UHGV virus genome: UHGV-1382945
Reading direction: 5' to 3' (one strand)
Source: a virus
DNA length: 62,026 bases
A program made the translations under genes and the position numbers. The notes below the pieces were generated by a model. That model ran no database searches. It was not told the DNA's origin and worked only from the letters and a program-made list of their open reading frames with translations. This document shows, piece after piece, positions 56,601-62,026 of the stretch (positions are counted from its first letter, which is position 1; every line of letters starts with the position of its first letter).

Positions 56601-59600
56601 CGTTCCACTTCTGCTGTCTCATCTGTGCACGCTTCCACTCTTCAAGGTAGAGAGGAGGCATGTCACTGTAAGTAGTATCTTCAGTTATCATGAAGCGAAC
56701 TTCAGGAGAACTATATGCAGGAGCAGTATGACTGATGTCATCACCTTCAAACAAACAATAGCTCTGAGAGGTGTTGTAGTTAAAGGTAGTACCAGCCACA
56801 CCCAAGTCTCTCAGCATACTGGAGATCTGCTTAGTATCGTTAAGCTGAGAAGCAAGGTATTCGTACACATCCTGACCGGTCACACGTTCAAGGTACTTCT
56901 TGCTCTTCATAAACTGAGTAAGTTCATTCTTGTCAAGGAAGACACCAATGTCCTTACCCAAGAACTGGATATGCATACCGTCCTGTGCAGGAACCTGCTG
57001 AGGAGGCATCTGCTTGAACAAACGATTGAGATGTTCTGCAACATATCTTTGTTCAGACAGAGGACGTTCCCAGTTCATGAACTGTTCAAAGGAAGGAGCG
57101 TAGTTCTTGTAGATCTGTCCGGGAAGACCAGACTGCTTGTTGTTAAATCTCCTGAAATAATCAGCAAGCTTCGTAGGATGAGAGAAGTAAGTTCCCCAAC
57201 CATACGGAGCAGCGAAAGCGTCAGGGCCCACAAGGTCAACACGTTCGTACTGAGGAGCCACGTCATTCATAGCCGAGCTCATGTACGTAGCACGACCCCA
57301 GATAGTGTAGCCAGAAGAAACACCTTGAGGCTTGTTGCTAGCAAGGTTCTGTGCAGAAGCAGCAAGGACATCCTTGATATCCGCTTCAGTAACATAACCA
57401 TCTACACCAAACAACTTCTGATACAACTTACGAATAAACTTGTACAGGTCACTAATGACAGGGAGCCGTTCAAGCAAAGACTTAGGAGACTCACGTTCAG
57501 CTATCCAAGCAATGAACTCTTCTGTGCGAACAAGGTCATTAGCGTTCTCGTATGCAGGACGCTGACGTTCAAACTCTCTCCACAGAGGAGTACCGTAAGC
57601 ATCACGGTAGACAGCAGCCATGAACCCAGTAAACTGACGAGGAGTCATGATAGCACGCAGACCATAGTGAGCAACGCCTTCGTGCATAAGCAGACGTACT
57701 GCCTGTGCCTTAGACTTTACTCGGTCAGCGAACACGTAGATCTTCCCGTCACAGTACACTGCCTGCGGGATAGCTTTCTTGTTTGTACTCTTAAAGGACA
57801 AATTAACAAGAGCATCATGCACAGCAGTAGGTACGTTGCTGTCAGTGACAGAAGAACAGATAGACACAACATCCTTCAAACCGGGAAGCTGAGCCAACGT
57901 ATTCTTCATCCAGTCGTACACTTGTTGAGTAGCTTCAGAAGCAAGCTGGTAGTCTACTTCCTTTTCCTGCTGAGTGTACCGTTCAAAGGACTGGCGCTGT
58001 ACTTCAATGTCATTACGAATCTGCTTGGACCGCTGCTCTTGCTTATACATACGCTTGAGCTGTTCAGCCTCAAGGTCACGACGAGCTTGAGAAGTCTCTT
58101 GAGGAATAGCCTGACGTGCAGGGATGTTGCCATCCAAAGCGTTGTCATAGCTAGCCTTGTCCTGAGCCACCTTAAGCTGTGCCTGATAAGCAGGAGAAGC
58201 CTCATATGCACGCTGCTGTTGTTCAGCAATCATGTTACGCATGTACTGGTCAGCAGCAACTCTATCACGATCAATCTGATTGTTCAGAGCAGCAGCTTGT
58301 TCAAGAGCAACATTCTGCTGAAGAGCACCATACTTCTGTGTGAAAGCATCAGCACTAGGAAGAGCAGCCTGCTGATTAGAGGAGCCCATCTGTGCAGCCT
58401 GCCAGTCAGCAAAGTCTGCATCCCACGTATAGTTGGGATCGTTGGTCAGCTTAGCTGTGCTGCGCAGAGCACGTGCATTCTTAAGCAGAGCATCAATACG
58501 GTCTTGAGTTTCCTTGTCTGCAAGATCCTTCAGCTGCTTGCGCAAGTCAAGTTCAAAAGGAACAGCAGGGTCAAGCCTGTCTGCCTTAGCAAACAAGGCA
58601 TCCATGTTCGTCTGAACTTCAGTCAAGTCCTGAGCACGTGCAGTAGAACGAGCAAAATTAACAGCAGACTTTCTAACATCTGCCTTCATTCTGCTCATCT
58701 GTGCAAGGTCTTTGTCAATACGAGCAAGCTCACTTGTAACAAACTCATACTGGCGTTCACTGTACGGAATAGCATTCTGCTGCAGGAGTTCAAGGTATAC
58801 GTTGTATTCACTTCTGCGTGCGTGCAGCTTAGACATACGTTCATCAGCACGGTTGAGCTTACGCTGTACGTACTGCTGAGTATCTTGAATGCTATTTATA
58901 ATCTCAGTGTACTTGACTGGGTCTTTCTTAAACAAAGCTTCCTGATACCTACGGTCATCAACAATCTGTTCAGCCGTAAGGTTGGTATCATAGCCAAGCT
59001 TCTTAAAACGTTCTGTTACAGTTTCACGGAAAGCCTTACGAGCCTTCTTATCAGACTCAGAAAGGTCCTTCTCAAACTGTTGCTTACGCTGCTTGATGTC
59101 TTCACGCTCTGCTTGAGCAAGCCGGGCAAGCTGGGCAGTGTACTTCTGCTGGGCTCGTTCAAGCTTCTTGATGTATGCATCCTTTGCTTCTTGCGTAGCA
59201 AGCAGAGCATACTTAGGAGACGTACCTGCACGAGCAGTAGTCAGCTCTTCCTTTGTCTTACGCAAAGCGTTGACAATAGGATTACGAGCACGAGCAAAAG
59301 ATTCTTCAGAAACAGCTACAGCTCTCTGTGCTTCTACACGAATAGCATCGCGCATGATACCTTCACCCTTAGAGATCTGAGTGAAGGGGTCAATCTTAGT
59401 CAGTTCTTCTTCAAACTTAGTCTGAAGTTCAAGAGGCGTCTGGTCTGGGTTAACATACGGAATGTCTGTCTTAGGTGAATGCTTAAGCATGTCAACCATA
59501 ACGCTAGCTCCACCAGAGGCAGAACCAACAAGAGCACCAGCAATACCAGCTTCCATCATACGGTCGAAGTCATCAGCAGTAAGCTGAGCACGTCCATCCT

Positions 59601-60681
59601 GAATCATACTGTTTACTGCACCCAACCATTCCTGTGCATATTCTTCTGCACCCTCACCAATCATGGCCTTGGGCAGAGACAACGCAGAAGCCTTGAGCTT
59701 TTCCTTGAAGGAGCGTTCAACAGCGTCAGGTACCTTAACACCAGTCATCTTGCGAAGCAGCTGGCTTTCACCACCAAGCAGTGTAACAGCAGACTGCAAG
59801 AGACCAGTACCAATATCCATGCCGGGGTTAGAAGTAAGGAGTCCTCCCTCAGCATAGTTACCAGAGTAGTTCTCACCAGTGTTCAGTACAAACTCAGGAG
59901 CCATTGCGCCAATCTGTGCACCAACAGTAGCAGTCACAGCCTTAGTAGCAGCAGTCCTAGCCTCAGCTTCAGCAACACCAGAAGCTACAAGCTGAGCAGT
60001 CTTCTTTTCAATAGCACCAGACAAAGCACCAGCAAGTACCTTCTTACCTGCAGCAGCACCTACGCCACCACTAAGCAAAGACATACCTACGTTCAAGGTT
60101 TGATCACCAAGAAGACTAGCAAAGTAATCACCAAACTTCTGTATGCTGTCTACGTCTTTGTAAGATTCAACAGCAGCTTTCAGCTCAGGAGCTTGTGCTT
60201 CTTCCTGCTTCTGTTGTGCATAGTACATCAAGTCACCAGCAGTCTGCTCGTGACCCATGAGGTCAGCAAGAGCAGCACCGCCAGCAGCAACAAGAGCCTG
60301 TGTCTGAGGAATAGAACGAAGAACACCCTTTACATATTCACCATGTTCAGGCTTCGGTTCCTGATATTCAAACGGCTGAGAGTAACCACTAAAAGCAGGA
60401 ACAGCCATGTGCATAGGAACTTCATCAGGTACTGTGCTTACATAGGAAGAGGCAAGGTTAGCTCGACTACTGGGCCTTCTAAGAGGAACACTAGTCGTGA
60501 ACTGCTGACGCGGGTACGCAGCCTGATGAGCAAGAGTATCTTGCAGAGGTCCCTGCTCAGTAAGGCCGGGAACCATCACAACACTATAGGGCTGTACACC
60601 AGAAGAGACAGGTGCAGCCTGTGCAGCAGCATACGCTTGTGCTGCAGAAATATCCGTATTCAAAACACCATCCAGTGCCAT
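53695..60681 (-). CDS. giant virion-associated protein, 2328 aa (putative internal/ejection protein; function unknown)
   Basis: single uninterrupted ORF; Gly/Ala-rich hydrophobic N-terminal region, central ~900-aa coiled-coil-like Q/A/R/E-rich region, C-terminal ~900-aa globular region. Confidence 0.8.
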   Translation of the reverse strand: MALDGVLNTDISAAQAYAAAQAAPVSSGVQPYSVVMVPGLTEQGPLQDTLAHQAAYPRQQFTTSVPLRRPSSRANLASSYVSTVPDEVPMHMAVPAFSGYSQPFEYQEPKPEHGEYVKGVLRSIPQTQALVAAGGAALADLMGHEQTAGDLMYYAQQKQEEAQAPELKAAVESYKDVDSIQKFGDYFASLLGDQTLNVGMSLLSGGVGAAAGKKVLAGALSGAIEKKTAQLVASGVAEAEARTAATKAVTATVGAQIGAMAPEFVLNTGENYSGNYAEGGLLTSNPGMDIGTGLLQSAVTLLGGESQLLRKMTGVKVPDAVERSFKEKLKASALSLPKAMIGEGAEEYAQEWLGAVNSMIQDGRAQLTADDFDRMMEAGIAGALVGSASGGASVMVDMLKHSPKTDIPYVNPDQTPLELQTKFEEELTKIDPFTQISKGEGIMRDAIRVEAQRAVAVSEESFARARNPIVNALRKTKEELTTARAGTSPKYALLATQEAKDAYIKKLERAQQKYTAQLARLAQAEREDIKQRKQQFEKDLSESDKKARKAFRETVTERFKKLGYDTNLTAEQIVDDRRYQEALFKKDPVKYTEIINSIQDTQQYVQRKLNRADERMSKLHARRSEYNVYLELLQQNAIPYSERQYEFVTSELARIDKDLAQMSRMKADVRKSAVNFARSTARAQDLTEVQTNMDALFAKADRLDPAVPFELDLRKQLKDLADKETQDRIDALLKNARALRSTAKLTNDPNYTWDADFADWQAAQMGSSNQQAALPSADAFTQKYGALQQNVALEQAAALNNQIDRDRVAADQYMRNMIAEQQQRAYEASPAYQAQLKVAQDKASYDNALDGNIPARQAIPQETSQARRDLEAEQLKRMYKQEQRSKQIRNDIEVQRQSFERYTQQEKEVDYQLASEATQQVYDWMKNTLAQLPGLKDVVSICSSVTDSNVPTAVHDALVNLSFKSTNKKAIPQAVYCDGKIYVFADRVKSKAQAVRLLMHEGVAHYGLRAIMTPRQFTGFMAAVYRDAYGTPLWREFERQRPAYENANDLVRTEEFIAWIAERESPKSLLERLPVISDLYKFIRKLYQKLFGVDGYVTEADIKDVLAASAQNLASNKPQGVSSGYTIWGRATYMSSAMNDVAPQYERVDLVGPDAFAAPYGWGTYFSHPTKLADYFRRFNNKQSGLPGQIYKNYAPSFEQFMNWERPLSEQRYVAEHLNRLFKQMPPQQVPAQDGMHIQFLGKDIGVFLDKNELTQFMKSKKYLERVTGQDVYEYLASQLNDTKQISSMLRDLGVAGTTFNYNTSQSYCLFEGDDISHTAPAYSSPEVRFMITEDTTYSDMPPLYLEEWKRAQMRQQKWNGLIARIRNIGKSVGLDGKLVSHTGFERLADGMYDKYRRVQVVQRYIKETIGKNIITPATNIYRHLTGMVNRINEQRTDIMNQKFAPLCEKIGKLDIPAVKEALDALRKAGRKVTEQDRVNAIWSALDEFLLARHALERNAEVNRRYRGKNKLESPSGLTDQQAQAIIDKYSDVPGMNEIAAQFDQLGRYHLDLLDKYHIVPKTLTDKLRATYKHYVPLKNWEEFVDDLDPDYAHKRSKAGISMGGRELLKKAKGREGLAESPSTHLMLQIMDTINIGEKNDVSRRLLNLVREAPNEELWEIATDKNEKGQPYFRMSEKGDGTLAYVRKSHSLEGKDYKFINVIDEKGNRVRIAIKDVALAAALRNENNLETGAIINNIRKITQKFAALYTTFNPVFAIKNYPRDIQTAILNVGNVISEAQANNLLGKENNIRQRIIKDAMSMRMVKFLWAELNGKEYGGKDAAYLKEMYKKFTESGGHTRMFLANDYKTMYKDVRELSKQKGKFKETLDKALKYLDTISDVSENATRFSVFVALTQEFDNHIAQEAKRNGWSAQQMQEMMETAHQRAANEALEITVNFTRKGSWAPFFNSLWAFSSANIGGNVRILRNLWRRGDSFANNAKRTAAYMAYSIACGIPHALLCRWLMGDDDDGVSKYDKIPDYIKDSNLIIPAPFGDGGYVKIPLPYGYNIFWVASNAIEGVISGRTKPSSAAAKIFGASFDNFNPVGGASLLNFMPTILRPISEVVANQNSFGYALMPDSTHSFKGEVPNSQKYWGTNPMWCRVVAETLNSWTFGSKVEKGWIDVSPETIQHLTESYMGGLGRVITQALNIMVSPVTGAPVELKNVPLASSFFGKVGYGDTLNEYSKVRNKIQIGLNELDLARKDDTLSPDERTAIMNKNRTIQQLKGRYDSINARLNSVRKLEKLNEKNNRSSGAKYYEEKERLQKRKEFLMKELTRVAKQSGLDYRD

Positions 60682-60734
60682 AACTAGAATACCTTTCTTT
60701 GGCCCATATTTCGATTCTAAGGGCCTTTAATTAG

Positions 60735-61886
60735 TTAACGTATAAAACCATAAGCACGAGCTCGTTCAAGAGCTCTGGTCTGCCTTGCAGCCTCAGCAGC
60801 GGCAGCATCCTGTGCTTGCTTATCAAGAGTTTGTTGAACAGCCCCGAGCTGCTGGCCTCCAAAGTTGAAGCCAAAGTTATTGTAAGGATTACCCTGAACA
60901 CCAGAGAGACCAGTATTGAACGTAAGAGAAGGTACGCCCAGAGGCATCTGTGTCTCATAGTCAAACATGCGTTGTGTATTCAGAGCTGAGTCAGACCTGC
61001 CTCGCAGCACTTCATCAGTATAGACATGAGAAGGCATCATTCCGGGGCCATACTTGCCAGACAGGCTAGTCATACCAGAATAATAGTTCAACGCTTTCGC
61101 AGCTTGTTCAGGAGACAGCGGCGCAAGCATGAGGTTATTTGTTGCTGAGTCCAACGTAGGTGCAAGACCACTTGCAGCAGCATTAGCTTGTACCCACTTA
61201 GCTCGTTCAATCTTGTCCAAGTTCTCCAGAGTACTTACATGCAAAGCTTTCTGAAAATCCAAGTTAGCCTTGTATTTATCACTATCAGCCCGCATGGCAG
61301 TAGAACCAAGAGTAGCGTTAGCTCCTATAGAGGCAGCACCAAGAGTAGCATTAGACTTAATGTTCTCAACGTCAACAGCCTTCTTGTAGTCGAAGCCCTT
61401 CTCTTCACGCATCTTAGTCATTTCATAAGCGCGCTGTTGAGCAAGCTGCTGGGCTGCGACATTAGCTGCGTAGGTCTGGTCAATTGTGTTACCCAGCTGC
61501 ATCAACTTAGCAACACCATCCATACCCATAAGGGGCTGCTGTCTGCCTACTTCCTTACCGTCTCTGTCTATGATGACAACTTCTTTAGTATCAGGGTCAA
61601 CAGTAACCTTACCGTCAAAGTCACGATACACAGTGTCTCTCAGTACGTTAGCAGTACCAGTAGGGTCACCGATAAGGATACGTTCACGGTTGTTAAGAAT
61701 AGACTTCTTAGCAGACCGAGCCTGTTCATTAGCCTGATTCAAATATTCAGCAGCAGCTTCTTGTTCCTTAAGCTGTGCTTCAAAGAGCTTACGTTCAGCG
61801 AGGAAGCGATCGTTGGTTTCTTTTTCCTTACGTTCGCTTTCCCACATCTGACGACCAGCATGTAGTGCAAGTCCGATAGAAGGCAT
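60735..61886 (-). CDS. hypothetical virion protein, 383 aa
   Basis: ORF upstream of giant gene; Q/A-rich. Confidence 0.55.
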   Translation of the reverse strand: MPSIGLALHAGRQMWESERKEKETNDRFLAERKLFEAQLKEQEAAAEYLNQANEQARSAKKSILNNRERILIGDPTGTANVLRDTVYRDFDGKVTVDPDTKEVVIIDRDGKEVGRQQPLMGMDGVAKLMQLGNTIDQTYAANVAAQQLAQQRAYEMTKMREEKGFDYKKAVDVENIKSNATLGAASIGANATLGSTAMRADSDKYKANLDFQKALHVSTLENLDKIERAKWVQANAAASGLAPTLDSATNNLMLAPLSPEQAAKALNYYSGMTSLSGKYGPGMMPSHVYTDEVLRGRSDSALNTQRMFDYETQMPLGVPSLTFNTGLSGVQGNPYNNFGFNFGGQQLGAVQQTLDKQAQDAAAAEAARQTRALERARAYGFIR

Positions 61887-62026
61887 TACACATTACCTCC
61901 AGTGAGATATTGCAGACCACGAGCAGCACCAGCCCAACTGTTCTGTGCCTGTTGATTATACATACCAGCAAGGTTAGCAGAACTACCACCAGCACTACCA
62001 AGACCAGAGAGAATAGAAGAACTGTT
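61886..62026 (-). CDS. partial CDS, C-terminal 46 codons; in frame with 1-681 across contig ends
   Basis: open frame from window end to TAA at 61886-61888 (TAATG overlap with downstream gene). Confidence 0.5.
   Translation of the reverse strand, partial: NSSSILSGLGSAGGSSANLAGMYNQQAQNSWAGAARGLQYLTGGNV

Noticed and set aside
56728-59478. 916-aa and 402-aa (59479-60687) plus-strand ORFs inside the giant gene
   Set aside because: They are antisense to the 2328-aa ORF. The translations are Leu/Ser/Arg-rich low-complexity sequences. The giant ORF is uninterrupted and fits the operon orientation.
53695-60681. Giant protein as an N4-type virion RNA polymerase
   Set aside because: I could not find T7-like palm motifs (DxxGR, R...K...YG, HDS) or a DxDGD motif by eye, so I did not call it an RNAP. 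I left it as a hypothesis to test.

Overview
The window looks like a complete or near-complete genome of a tailed dsDNA phage of about 62 kb. It has two transcriptional arms. The minus-strand late/structural arm runs 18240->1 and, if the contig is circular, continues 62026->53225. It encodes a possible small terminase, large terminase (Walker A GPVGSGKS), portal, acidic scaffold, major capsid protein, five head-completion/tail proteins, two tail-fibre proteins sharing an N-terminal anchor (one with a tail-collar domain), and a run of putative internal/ejection proteins, including a very glycine-rich protein and a 2328-aa giant protein. It ends in a small membrane (holin-like) protein at a bidirectional terminator (53181-53222). 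The plus-strand early/middle arm (18349->53172) starts at a divergent sigma70-like promoter region. Next comes a 2.3-kb ORF-poor region with a palindrome, A-tracts, 10-bp-phased iterons and TTGACA-type promoters, which I read as a candidate origin/regulatory hub. After it come many small early genes (several duplicated, several envelope-targeted) and a T7-supergroup-like replication module: a zinc-finger/TOPRIM primase, a DnaB-like helicase, family A DNA polymerase, a Cas4/RecB-like nuclease, T7 endonuclease I-like resolvase, ATP-dependent DNA ligase, a DHH phosphoesterase and thyX. It also carries an M15 peptidase (candidate endolysin) and a GNAT acetyltransferase. I found no phage RNA polymerase, tRNA or CRISPR. 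Promoters look host sigma70-like, and the motif CTTGACAA recurs in intergenic regions. The most unusual content is listed here. A tandem pair of large proteins (32209-35275) carries arrays of CxxC zinc ribbons, and one of them has an M20/M28-type metallohydrolase domain. A duplicated two-gene early cassette (25268-26483) keeps conserved hairpins. GC-rich islands (GC3-biased) are embedded in the AT-richer early region. A cluster of early lipoprotein, membrane and secreted proteins is present. The giant virion protein is the last notable item. All functional calls are from motif recognition by eye and need HHpred/BLAST confirmation.
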